33,985 nucleotides of DNA from Candidatus Micrarchaeales archaeon (lineage in GTDB: Archaea > Micrarchaeota > Micrarchaeia > Micrarchaeales > CABMGC01): positions 1 to 33,985 of the forward strand of contig JBEKPX010000001.1 of the NCBI GenBank assembly GCA_049520335.1, in the 5' to 3' direction. The translations under genes and the position numbers were made by a program. Shown here piece by piece: positions 1 to 9,700 of this stretch; position 1 is the first letter of the stretch; every line of letters begins with the position of its first letter. Under the pieces are notes generated by a model. The model had not been told where the DNA came from. It did not search any database and saw only the letters and a program-made list of their open reading frames with translations.

Positions 1-415
1 TGCTCCTTCCTTGCTTCCTTTTCTCGATGAAATCTTTCTCTACGAGCTCCTTGACGTGTTCGTACGTCGATTCCCCGAAGATCTTCACGAGTTCGCTCTG
101 GAGTGCATTGTTGTTCTTGCTTATGTAAGCCAGGAGCCTGAGAGCGCTCTTCCCTATCTCCGGCCCGCTGGCGTATCTGCTCACCCTTGTGGCATACGGT
201 TCTCTCAATGCGAACATGAACTTCCTGTCTATCTCTATTATCTCAAGTGCGGTGTCCTTCGTCTTGTAATCTGAAATCAGTTTTCTCACCATATCCTCGA
301 CGTGGCCGACTGAAGCTATCCCTGTAATCTCGGAGAGCTCCTGTATTCCGAGCGCGTTCGGAGACATGAAAAGCGCTGCCTCGATGAGCTTCTTGTAGTC
401 TAGCTGTTCCTCCAT
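1..415 (-). CDS. scpB: Segregation and condensation protein B (ScpB), N-terminal part; the ORF runs off the left window edge
   Basis: Absent from the ORF track because there is no stop codon in the window. Reverse-strand ATG at 415-413 gives MEEQLDYKKLIEAALFMSPNALGIQELSEITG...GKSALRLLAYISKNNNALQSELVKIFGESTYEHVKELVEKDFIEKRK, a winged-helix ScpB-like pattern. It starts 8 nt after the scpA stop. Confidence 0.8.
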   Translation of the reverse strand, partial: MEEQLDYKKLIEAALFMSPNALGIQELSEITGIASVGHVEDMVRKLISDYKTKDTALEIIEIDRKFMFALREPYATRVSRYASGPEIGKSALRLLAYISKNNNALQSELVKIFGESTYEHVKELVEKDFIEKRKQGRS

Positions 416-423
416 ATGAAAAC

Positions 424-1113
424 CTAGTTGGGTTCTATCAGTATCTCTCCAAAGAACTTGTCCTGGAGCAGCATCACCCTGTCCCTGCTTGCAAGGAAAA
501 GGAGGGGTATGAATATGTCCAAAAGCACATCATCTTTTTTAGCAATATTGCAGAGCGACGAGAAACTAATCTTCTTGTCAATTCCCAGATTCCTCTTCAC
601 GATTGAGTATACAACCTCTATGTCAGCCTCAACATCTACCCTGCTCAGAAGCAATGGGATAATTCTCACCTCATCTGCCATCTTGGCTTCCCTGTACTCC
701 TTCAGCTTCATCGCCTCCTCTAGGGCGTCTATAAGCTCGTTAAGCGTGACTTTCCTTCTCGGAGGCAGCCTGAGCCTCATTGAAAGGCTATCGACAGGAA
801 CGTAGGGCCTCGCGTTCTCGTCCAAGACGCCTGCCTGCTCCTCGCTGATCTCGTCTAGCTGAAGCATGTCGCTCTTCAGCCTGAGGAGTATGGCAGCTGC
901 GAGTATTATGTTTGCCGGCACCCTGAGGTCAAGAAGCTTCATCCCCTTTACTACTGCCAGGTACTTCCCTACTATGTCGATTATGTCTATGTCCCAGGGA
1001 TTGAGCTCATTCTTATTGACTAGAGCGAATAGTATGTCTTTCCACGTGGCTTCCTTAACTAGATTCTCGATGTCAAAACGATCCACACTGATAGTGCTAG
1101 TGCTACTCTGCAT
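424..1113 (-). CDS. scpA: Segregation and condensation protein A (ScpA kleisin)
   Basis: 229-aa ORF with NPWDIDIIDIVGKYL...LRVPANIILAAAILLRLKSDML, typical of the ScpA N-terminal domain. It lies immediately upstream of scpB on the same strand. Confidence 0.85.
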   Translation of the reverse strand: MQSSTSTISVDRFDIENLVKEATWKDILFALVNKNELNPWDIDIIDIVGKYLAVVKGMKLLDLRVPANIILAAAILLRLKSDMLQLDEISEEQAGVLDENARPYVPVDSLSMRLRLPPRRKVTLNELIDALEEAMKLKEYREAKMADEVRIIPLLLSRVDVEADIEVVYSIVKRNLGIDKKISFSSLCNIAKKDDVLLDIFIPLLFLASRDRVMLLQDKFFGEILIEPN

Positions 1114-1199
1114 CCAGGTCGCCGTGAATTAGACTAGGAATATAAGAATAAATCTTTTTCTGTCCTGAAGGTTTGAGCGGACGTTTGCTTGCTAGAACA

Positions 1200-1207
1200 T
1201 TTTAATA
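1200..1207 (+). promoter_or_regulatory. TATA-like box (TTTTAATA) upstream of the aldehyde dehydrogenase gene
   Basis: A/T-rich octamer about 34 nt upstream of the ATG at 1238, inside the divergent scpA/ALDH intergenic region. Confidence 0.3.
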
Positions 1208-1237
1208 GTTTTAACTCCCAGCTGTATCACTGATTGT

Positions 1238-2857
1238 ATGACTGCTTTTACGAATGAGTTCACCTACAGACACTATGTTGAAGAAGGAAATGGGGAGACG
1301 TTCGATAGGCTTTTTGACGAGGCCGTAGCTAAGGTGAAGAGAGATGCTCTGGGCAAGAGGTTCCCGATGTACATAGGTGGAAAGGAGATCTATGCGAATG
1401 AGGAGCTGAGTGAGATTTCTCCCATAGACGGCACGCTCATAGGCAGTTTCCAGAAGGGAACAAGAGAGCACGCAAAGCAGGCGATTGACAGCGCATATGC
1501 TGCCTTTGAGGCATGGGGAAATAGGGAGTATGGGGAGAGAATCGAGATAGTTAGGAAAGCGGCTGAGGTATTCAGGAGGAATAAATTTGAAGTGGCTGCG
1601 GTACTTAGCATAGAGAATGGAAAGACCCGCTATGAGTCAGTGGGGGAGGTTGACGAAGCTATAGATTTCCTGAACTATTATGGTATCGAATTTGAGAGGA
1701 ATAAGGGCTTCGTGAGGAAGACCAAGCTATCCGGAAGCAGCAAAGAAGTGAGCGCTGGATTCCAGGGTGCTCCGGGGAACGAGGAAAAGATAACCATTGG
1801 TATGAAGCCATATGGAGTTTTTGGAGTGATCGCGCCCTTCAATTTTCCAATATCGATATCGGCAGGAATGAGCGCTGGCGCTTTGATAACAGGAAACACT
1901 GTTGTGTTTAAACCATCTTCCACAGATAACATGACGATGCTTACAGGACTCAAGTTGTATGAAACATTCAAGGAGGCAGGAATTCCTGAAGGTGTATTCA
2001 ATTATGTGACAGGACCAGGCTCTGAAGTCGGGGATGAGTTGGTTGCGAACAGCAAGGTTAGTGGGATAGCATTCACAGGTTCCAGAACAGTGGGCATCGG
2101 AATGATGAAGAAAGCTCAGGAGCTAGGGCTGCAGAAGGTATTCATAGTAGAGATGGGAGGAAAAAATCCTGTGATAGTATCTAAGTATGCTGACATGAAT
2201 GAAGCTGTAGATGGGATAGCAAGCGCAGCATTCGGTTTCGACGGCCAGAAGTGCAGCGCATGCTCGAGAGTTTATGTGCAGGATACGGTAAAAGAGGAGT
2301 TCATAAGCAAACTGATAGACAAGGTCAGGAGCTTCAGGATAGGAGACCCGCTGAACAAGGAGATTTACATGGGGCCTTTGATAAGCGGCGGGGCGCTTGA
2401 CAAGTATAGGAAGTGCGTGCAGGAGGCGAAGAACTCTGGAAGAGTGCTTTATGGAGGGAATGAAGTGAATACCGGACTTAAGGGTGCATATGTGGAACCT
2501 ACTCTGATCGAGGTTGAGCATTCAAACAGGTTGATGCGGGATGAGCTTTTCGTTCCGATACTCGCGATAGACACATTCAAGAAGTTCGATGAGGCGATGC
2601 AGAAGGCTAACGACACTGAGTTTGGGCTTACTGCCGGACTCTACAGCAAAAGCAGGAAGGAGGTGAAAAAATTCCTCAGTGGAATACAGGCAGGTGTCAT
2701 GTATGTTAATAGGAAGACAAGCGCTACGACAGGAGCGATAGTGGGCATACATACATTCGTGGGCTGGAAGGGCAGTGGACTGACAGGAAAGGGAACGGGA
2801 AGCAGGTTCTATCTGCAGCAGTTCATGAAGGAGCAGAGTCAGGCTATCGTAAAGTAG
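1238..2857 (+). CDS. NAD-dependent aldehyde dehydrogenase, 1-pyrroline-5-carboxylate dehydrogenase-like
   Basis: 539 aa. ALDH catalytic Glu region FIVEMGGKNPVIV and catalytic Cys region FGFDGQKCSACSRVYV. The N-terminal extension (FPMYIGGKEI...SPIDGTLIG) resembles RocA/P5CDH-type enzymes. Confidence 0.8.
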   Translation: MTAFTNEFTYRHYVEEGNGETFDRLFDEAVAKVKRDALGKRFPMYIGGKEIYANEELSEISPIDGTLIGSFQKGTREHAKQAIDSAYAAFEAWGNREYGERIEIVRKAAEVFRRNKFEVAAVLSIENGKTRYESVGEVDEAIDFLNYYGIEFERNKGFVRKTKLSGSSKEVSAGFQGAPGNEEKITIGMKPYGVFGVIAPFNFPISISAGMSAGALITGNTVVFKPSSTDNMTMLTGLKLYETFKEAGIPEGVFNYVTGPGSEVGDELVANSKVSGIAFTGSRTVGIGMMKKAQELGLQKVFIVEMGGKNPVIVSKYADMNEAVDGIASAAFGFDGQKCSACSRVYVQDTVKEEFISKLIDKVRSFRIGDPLNKEIYMGPLISGGALDKYRKCVQEAKNSGRVLYGGNEVNTGLKGAYVEPTLIEVEHSNRLMRDELFVPILAIDTFKKFDEAMQKANDTEFGLTAGLYSKSRKEVKKFLSGIQAGVMYVNRKTSATTGAIVGIHTFVGWKGSGLTGKGTGSRFYLQQFMKEQSQAIVK

Positions 2858-2871
2858 ATTTTGGTGATAGG

Positions 2872-4272
2872 ATGAAAATAGAAGATGATGGCTTTACTTT
2901 CGATGATGTACTGATAGTGCCAAAAACGTCAAAAGAAGGAGGACCAAACTCCAGAAAAGAAGTGGACACATCTACATTCATAACAAGCAGCATAAAGTTG
3001 CAAACGCCCATCATAAGCGCGAATATGGACACTGTGACAGAGTCGAGGATGGCAATAACAGTTGCCAGGCTTGGCGGGGTCGGAATAATACACAGGTTCA
3101 ACAGTGTAGAAGAAGAGGCAGCGGAGATAAGGAAGGTAAAGAGGGCGCAAAGCGTTATTATAGAAAACCCTTATTATGTGGAACCTGAAACGACTATCGG
3201 AGAGTTACGGGAATTGATAGCTGAAAAGGGAATAAGGAGCTTTCCTGTTCTGAAAGGCAGAAAGTTGGTGGGCATAGTCACACGCAGAGACTACGAATTT
3301 GAAAAAAGCAAGAATAAAAAGGTAAGGGAAATAATGTCAAGAGACATCACAACTGCTAGAGAGGGCATAGCAATAGAGGAGGCTAAGAAAATACTTGCAA
3401 AGAACAAGATAGAAAAGCTCCCTCTGGTTGATTCGAAAGGCAATCTGGCAGGCATGATTACAGCCAAGGATGTAGGTATTTCGGAGAGTTACGTGAACGC
3501 ATCCAAGGACGGAAAGGGCAGGCTGCTGGTTGGTGCCTCGATTGGCATAAGCGGGGACTACAAAGAAAGGCTTGATGCGGTAGTGGAAGCTGAAGCGGAT
3601 TTTATTGTGGTAGACGTAGCTAACGGCTACCTTACAAAAACATCTGACACTATCAGATATGTCAAGAAATCGTATGATATAGACGTTATCGCGGGAAACG
3701 TTGCAACCAGAGACGGAGTGAGCGCCCTCAAGAGCGCGGGCGTTGACTGCGTTAAGGTGGGTGTTGGCCCTGGAAGTGCATGCCTGACGAGACCAGTTGC
3801 AGGTGTTGGATATCCACAACTAAGTGCAATCATAAATTGCTCCGGTTTGGAGATGCCAATAATAGCCGATGGCGGCATAAACAGGTCCGCGGACTTTGCC
3901 AAAGCGATCGCCGGAGGGGCGAGTGCGGTCATGATAGGAGGCTTGATTGCGGGCACGGACGAGAGCCCTGGAGCCATAGTAAACAGGACAGGATCAAACT
4001 ACAAGTTTTACAGAGGTATGGCTTCTATACGCTCATATTCAGATAAAGCGACAAGAATCGGGGAGGAGGTTGATGTAGGGGGCTATACTCCCGAGGGTGC
4101 GGAAACGCTTATACCCTACAAGGGAAGTGCTGTTAACATAATGAACAATTTGATCGGCGGTCTGAGATCTGCAATGACATACGTAAGTTCTTCCAACATT
4201 AAGGAGTTTCAGAAAAATGTATCTTTTGTTAAGATTAGCGAGGCAAGCAAGAGGGAGAGCAAGTATGTTTGA
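2872..4272 (+). CDS. guaB: IMP dehydrogenase with CBS-pair insertion
   Basis: FTFDDVLIVP, GGVGIIHRF, a CBS region (about residues 95-210), catalytic loop VGVGPGSACLTR, and IADGGINRSADFAKAIAGGASAVMIGG. Confidence 0.85.
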   Translation: MKIEDDGFTFDDVLIVPKTSKEGGPNSRKEVDTSTFITSSIKLQTPIISANMDTVTESRMAITVARLGGVGIIHRFNSVEEEAAEIRKVKRAQSVIIENPYYVEPETTIGELRELIAEKGIRSFPVLKGRKLVGIVTRRDYEFEKSKNKKVREIMSRDITTAREGIAIEEAKKILAKNKIEKLPLVDSKGNLAGMITAKDVGISESYVNASKDGKGRLLVGASIGISGDYKERLDAVVEAEADFIVVDVANGYLTKTSDTIRYVKKSYDIDVIAGNVATRDGVSALKSAGVDCVKVGVGPGSACLTRPVAGVGYPQLSAIINCSGLEMPIIADGGINRSADFAKAIAGGASAVMIGGLIAGTDESPGAIVNRTGSNYKFYRGMASIRSYSDKATRIGEEVDVGGYTPEGAETLIPYKGSAVNIMNNLIGGLRSAMTYVSSSNIKEFQKNVSFVKISEASKRESKYV

Positions 4273-4315
4273 TTCTTTCACCGTCAGTTGTTGAGCTAAG
4301 AATAGTATTGATATA

Positions 4316-4723
4316 ATGCTAACTAGAATGCTTTACTCTTTTCTCAGTTCAAGGCCGTACAACAGAACGGTTGTGAGATACAAGGGCAAGAGGATAAAAT
4401 CCGAAGTGGCAGATACTTTTGCAAAGCAGATGGTAGGGCTGATGTACAGGACAGGTATTGGGAAGGATGAAGGAATGCTGTTTCCGCTTAAATTCAAAGG
4501 AAGGAACACAGCGGCAGTAATCATGCTTAATATGAGGTTCGGCATCGACATCGTGTGGATGGATGATAAACACAGAATAGTCGACATCGCCAAGAACGCG
4601 AAACCATCGTCTATATTCGGCCGTTCCTATGTTCCGAAAAAAGAGGCAAATTATGTTCTCGAGCTGAAGGCAGGAACCGCGGAGAGGCTTGGAATAAGGA
4701 TGGGAGAAAGACTGAGTTTTTGA
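4316..4723 (+). CDS. DUF192 (COG1430) family protein
   Basis: 135 aa with ...FAKQMVGLMYR...GMLFPL...MLNMRFGIDIVWMD..., resembling the conserved DUF192 pattern. The true start may be an internal Met. Confidence 0.6.
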   Translation: MLTRMLYSFLSSRPYNRTVVRYKGKRIKSEVADTFAKQMVGLMYRTGIGKDEGMLFPLKFKGRNTAAVIMLNMRFGIDIVWMDDKHRIVDIAKNAKPSSIFGRSYVPKKEANYVLELKAGTAERLGIRMGERLSF

Positions 4724-4796
4724 TTTTGCGATATCTTCGCAAAGCATCGAAATACAACATATCTAGCCATATACATTTTGTGGGAGAATTTAACCT

Positions 4797-4805
4797 TTTA
4801 TAAAT
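4797..4805 (+). promoter_or_regulatory. TATA box candidate (TTTATAAAT) for the radical-SAM/PLP gene pair
   Basis: Located about 35 nt upstream of the ATG at 4836. A GGAGTG Shine-Dalgarno-like element sits at 4825-4830. Confidence 0.35.
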
Positions 4806-4835
4806 TTACTAGAAAAGTATAATTGGAGTGACCTT

Positions 4836-5771
4836 ATGGCTTCTATTGAGAATCAAAGAATACAGCCAAACGGCAAGACACTAAGCCTTATCGCGGGCAC
4901 CACAATCTGCCAAGCGAAATGCCCATTCTGCATCTCTAAAACCACACCGTTCCAAGGAATGGGTCCGAAGCTGGAGCCTATAAACAGCGAGAAGCTAGAG
5001 AAGGCCTGCCAGCTTGCAGGAAAATTCGGAATCAGAAATGCCATGATAACAGGCAAGGGAGAGCCTACATTATATCCTGAACATATAGAGAAATATCTTA
5101 GAACTGTCGGAAAATATCCTTTTGGTAGCATCGAACTGCAGACAAACTCCATCTCTTTCGGTACTCATCCAGAAAAGTATGATTCTCTCTTGAAAAAGTG
5201 GCGAGAGATGGGACTTGCACTGATCGCCATCTCCATCGTGCATTATGAATATGAAAAAAATAAGCAGATTTATACAGCCAATAAGGATTACATAGACCTT
5301 CCTACTATTATCGGAAAGTTACATGACATTGGCTACCAAGTCAGACTGAGTTGCACGCTAATCAAGGATTATATTGATAACGTGGCTCAGATGAGGAAGA
5401 TGATAGCGTTTGTCCGGGAACATGAAGTTGAACAACTGACTCTACGAAGGATGGAAGCCGTGGAGAGAAGTCAAAATTCAGATGTCTCCGCATGGACAAA
5501 GCCCAGGATAGTTAGTCAAGAAGTCATGGATGAGATGCTTGCAGATTTGGATAAGCATGGAACTAGAATGGCTGAGTTCTTCTATGGTGCAGCATTATAT
5601 AAATATGGAGAAGATAAGCAAAATGTGTGCTTAACTACAGGCATTAGCGACAATAAGGAAAAAGAGGGTGATATAAGGCAGCTTATCTTCTTCCCTTCAG
5701 GGAAGCTAATAACTGATTGGAGATACAGTAGTGAAGCTGAGAATCAGCCGGTAAACGGAGTGAAGATATAG
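4836..5771 (+). CDS. Radical SAM enzyme, single [4Fe-4S] cluster, no SPASM-type auxiliary Cys cluster, subfamily unassigned
   Basis: CQAKCPFC (CxxxCxxC) at residues 25-32, followed by ITGKGEPTLYPEHI (GGEP-like SAM-binding motif). 311 aa with only three further Cys residues. Confidence 0.85.
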   Translation: MASIENQRIQPNGKTLSLIAGTTICQAKCPFCISKTTPFQGMGPKLEPINSEKLEKACQLAGKFGIRNAMITGKGEPTLYPEHIEKYLRTVGKYPFGSIELQTNSISFGTHPEKYDSLLKKWREMGLALIAISIVHYEYEKNKQIYTANKDYIDLPTIIGKLHDIGYQVRLSCTLIKDYIDNVAQMRKMIAFVREHEVEQLTLRRMEAVERSQNSDVSAWTKPRIVSQEVMDEMLADLDKHGTRMAEFFYGAALYKYGEDKQNVCLTTGISDNKEKEGDIRQLIFFPSGKLITDWRYSSEAENQPVNGVKI

Positions 5772-5778
5772 TGAGTAT

Positions 5779-6747
5779 ATGCCAAGGCGGAAACTTGTAA
5801 CTTTGGCAGAAACAGTGCCTGGAAAAGCAATAAAGGAAACGATAGGAGTTAGAGCTTATTATATGTCAGAGGTTCAAAGGGAGATTTCACTGCTTGCGAA
5901 AGACTATCCCACGTCAACATACCTTAAGCCACTGACGCCTGACTTGGATGAATTGCACAAGCCAGTGATCGACGCTTACCTGAGAAAATTTGGTCCTCTT
6001 TTCAAGGGAATAGAAGGTTACAGATGGCAATATCCTACTGCAGGCTCAAGTGAGGCAATATTCCACATTCTTGCTGGCATCAAGTCGAAGCATCCGGATG
6101 CAGTGATATATACGCTGAAAGGGGAATATGAAGGATATAGGGAATATTCTAAGCCTCTTGGGCTCAGGACAATGGAAGTGATTAAAGTCTCTGATGCAAA
6201 GACGCCAGGATATTGGTTCATATCGAACCCATCTGCAAGGGACGGTAATCTGCTTGGGGAAGAATTGATTGGAGACATCTGCGATGCAGGACACAAGATA
6301 GTGTATGACGCCACCTATGTTGGGTGCGTCCCGCGTTTCGTGGTAGATCTGTCTAATCAGAACATAGTGGCTATTCTAGCCTCGATGAGCAAACCCTTCG
6401 GAATGTTCTACTACCGCGTGGGGTTTGCCTTCACTAGAGAGGAGATGGGCTCGCTCTTTGGGAATAAATGGTTCAAAAACATTTTCTCCTTGCTTGCCGC
6501 ACAAAGGATAATAGAGAAGTTCGGGCCTGACAAACTCGTTCCTAAGTACAAGAAACTGCAGAGAGAGGTGGTTGAGGAGCTGAAGAGAAAGACAGGACTT
6601 CCGATTGTGGCGAGCGACGTGTTCCTCATCGCTACCATAAACAAAAAAGCCGCGACCAGGGAGCAACTCGAACAAGTGCAGATGTGGAAGCGTGGAGATG
6701 AATATAGAATTTGCCTTACTCCCTACTTCATGAGCATGGAGAAATAG
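5779..6747 (+). CDS. Fold-type I PLP-dependent enzyme, class I/II aminotransferase-like (HisC/CobD-sized)
   Basis: Motifs FISNPSARDG (NPxxxxG), VYDATYVG (D-x-x-Y) and SMSKPFGMFYYRVGFAF (S-x-S-K Schiff-base Lys plus R-x-G). 322 aa; starts 7 nt after the radical SAM stop. Confidence 0.75.
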   Translation: MPRRKLVTLAETVPGKAIKETIGVRAYYMSEVQREISLLAKDYPTSTYLKPLTPDLDELHKPVIDAYLRKFGPLFKGIEGYRWQYPTAGSSEAIFHILAGIKSKHPDAVIYTLKGEYEGYREYSKPLGLRTMEVIKVSDAKTPGYWFISNPSARDGNLLGEELIGDICDAGHKIVYDATYVGCVPRFVVDLSNQNIVAILASMSKPFGMFYYRVGFAFTREEMGSLFGNKWFKNIFSLLAAQRIIEKFGPDKLVPKYKKLQREVVEELKRKTGLPIVASDVFLIATINKKAATREQLEQVQMWKRGDEYRICLTPYFMSMEK

Positions 6748-6748
6748 G

Positions 6749-6756
6749 TATAAAAG
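6749..6756 (+). promoter_or_regulatory. TATA box candidate (TATAAAAG) for the giant surface protein gene
   Basis: Centred about 26 nt upstream of the ATG at 6778. It begins 2 nt after the stop of the PLP-enzyme gene. Confidence 0.4.
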
Positions 6757-6777
6757 AGTCCATTGTTTTTTAGTATC

Positions 6778-9700
6778 ATGAATAGGCAGAAGCTAACTTT
6801 CATTGCATTTATGTTAGTCCTTTTTTTGAGTGCACTGCCAAGAACAGCTAAGGCACTAAACAAATATTGCTGCGACCAAGACTCTACTTCATGTGCAATT
6901 CCTGATACTTTTACATGTACTTCGGCGTGCGATGGATTTAAACAATGTACCCAATTGGGAACGTGCACCAGCGTATCCAGTTGTCCTCATGGCGGCACTA
7001 CCACAACAACCACTTCCACAACAACCTCAACATCAACCTCAACAACCACATCAACCTCAACAACCTCCACATCAAGCTCCACCTCCACATCAACCACAGT
7101 CACAACCAGTATCGACACAGGATGCAGCGTCGACACTCCACTCTGCTGCGGTGGCAGTAGTCTCTCATGTGACTCTACTGCAATATGTCATTCGTCGCCT
7201 TGCTCAAGCCCTGTCCCATATCACTGCGGTGGTAGCCTTTGTTCAACATCAACCTCAACAACCACATCAACCTCAACCAGCACATCAACCTCCACTTCCA
7301 CATCAACCACGGCCACAACCACAATCGGATACATCTACTGCATCGGCAATGGCGCAGTATCTCCATACAATTACGTCTACTATGCGCCAATCTCCAACAC
7401 AGGCATAGGCACATGGACCTCCACCACGAGCTATCCGGTTTGGATGTGGAATGCAGGCTGCTCGATCTACAGCAGTTACATCTATTGCGTCGGCACTAGT
7501 AACGGAAATCAAGCCTACTATGCACAGATCTCAAGCACGGGCGTAGGCACATGGACCTCCACCACGAGCTATCCCATCAACATGTGTGAGGCAGGCTGTT
7601 CGGTTTATAATGGTTACATCTACTGCGTCGGGACTAACTGTGACGCATGGTGGCTTGCCTACTACGCCCCCATCTCCAACACAGGCATAGGCACATGGAC
7701 CTCCACCACAAGCATCGCATCTGAAAGATTATACGATGCAGGCTGCTCAATCTACAACGGATACATATACTGCGTTGGTGCTTATGCTAATCCGTACTTT
7801 CACTACGTCTACTACGCGCCAATCTCCGGCACAGGCATAGGTTCATGGACCAACACCCCAAGCTACCCGATCGACATGTACTATGCAGGCTGCTCAATCT
7901 ACAACGGATACATATACTGCGTAAGCAGCGGTTCGTATCCAAACACTTATCAGGTCTACTATGCGCCAGTCTCCAGCACAGGTGTAGGCACATGGACCTC
8001 CACCACACGCTATCCCATTGCAGACATGGAGGAAGCAGGCTGCTCCATCTCCGGAGGTTATATCTACTGCGTCGGTACTAGTCAAACCACTCCATATAAC
8101 TATGTCTACTATGCGCCAGTCTCCAGCACGGGCGTAGGAACGTGGACCGCCTCCCCAAATACCTATCCAATTAGCATGTATGCTGCATACTGCGAGATAC
8201 CGGGTTCCGGAGGAGGATATTATGGCGGGGGAGGGAACCTGCCTTTTTGGACGCCATTCATATCCGCAAGCAACGCTTTGGTGGACATCGGCCAATATGA
8301 GACTTTGAAAATCTCATGGCCTGGAGGCTCCGCACCTTTCACTGTGAAATTCTACAACGAGTCAAATTCATTAACCTTCAACACGCTCGGCAGTCTCCTG
8401 CTCTCAGATTCGCCGGCGACCAACACCTTCAAGCTGGTAACCACAGGCGGAGGCATAACATGGAACGGGGTAGTGGTCGACTCATCGCCGGCGACGAAGA
8501 ACTCGATTGACTTGCATATAGGAGTAAATTCGGCCATAACAGGAACACCAGCAACTCCAACACCGACATCACCTACAATAGATAATGGACAGAGTATAAC
8601 TCTTACAGCTGGAACTGGAACTGTCTCAGGAGGCACAACTCCATACACCTATAATTGGTTCACGGGCACAGCTTGCCAAACCTTAACCGCAGGAACAGGA
8701 AGTAGTGTAACAGTATCTCCAACTTCGACAACAGGATACAGCGTGGAAGTAATGGACTCTGCCTCCACACCTGCAAATTCAGTGTGCTCGGGAGTAGACA
8801 CGGTGACTGTAACCACCCCATCACTCTCTGTGCCTACGATTGCTGCGAGCAATACAATGGTGGATGCAGGCCAGTACGAGACACTAACCATATCATGGTC
8901 AGGAGGTACCTCGACGTTCAAGGCAAAGTTCTTCAATGAGTCTGATTCTGGAGGAGTGACTTTCAACACAATTCCAGGTGCGACATCTCCAACGACCAAC
9001 ACTTTCATAGTGCTAACTCCGGGTGCTCATACAGGCTATACCTGGAACGGAATCGTAATAGACTCTGCATATTCTCCACTGACAAAGACTTCTCTTGATT
9101 TGCACATAGGCGTGAACTCCGCCCTTACGGACACACCGTCGATATCTCCTTCCGCGCCAACAATAGACAGTGGGCAGAGTGTAACATTGTCAGAGTCAGG
9201 AGTCTCAGGAGGCACTACACCTTATACCTACAACTGGTTCACTGGTTCTGGCTGTGGGACTGCAAACATAATCTCCGGGCAGGTAGGAGGCTCCATATCA
9301 GTCTCGCCAACAACGACTAACAGCTACAGTGTGAATGTGATAGACTCCGCTTCCACTCCTGCAAATTCAGTATGCTCTTCGGTAGACACAGTTAGTGTGA
9401 ATACAGCTCTCTCAGTCCCTTCCCTGACTGGAACTTCCTCACTTAATAATGGTCTTATTCAGACTCTCAGTGGAACATGGAACTATGGCACACCTCCATT
9501 CACAGTCCAGTTCTACAATGAGTCAAAGCCAGGCATTTTCAATACGTTGGGGAGTGCCACATCGCCATCAACCAACTCATTCCTAGCATACGCAGTTGGA
9601 AGCACTCAGTCATTCACTTGGAACTTCATAGTGACAGATTCATCATATCTCTCAGCAGTGACGAGGAACAGTGTTGATTTCCAGTTCAGTGTGATACCAT

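Noticed and set aside
11-274. 87-aa plus-strand ORF at the left edge
   Set aside because: It lies antisense to a much better reading frame, the ScpB N-terminus, which runs off the window on the minus strand immediately downstream of scpA.
4724-4835. Distal att-like copy of the tRNA-Thr 3' end, which would mark 4836-13239 as an integrated island
   Set aside because: I could not find any convincing match to the tRNA-Thr 3' half in this spacer by eye. No integrase is present either, so island status of the surface locus is unsupported.
6893-7512. Pro/Gln/His-rich and other ORFs (6893-7408, 6945-7160, 7175-7414, 7239-7499, 7303-7512)
   Set aside because: These are alternative-frame readings of the ACN/TCN Thr/Ser-stalk codon repeats inside the giant gene. 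The in-frame product has a signal peptide and coherent domain structure.
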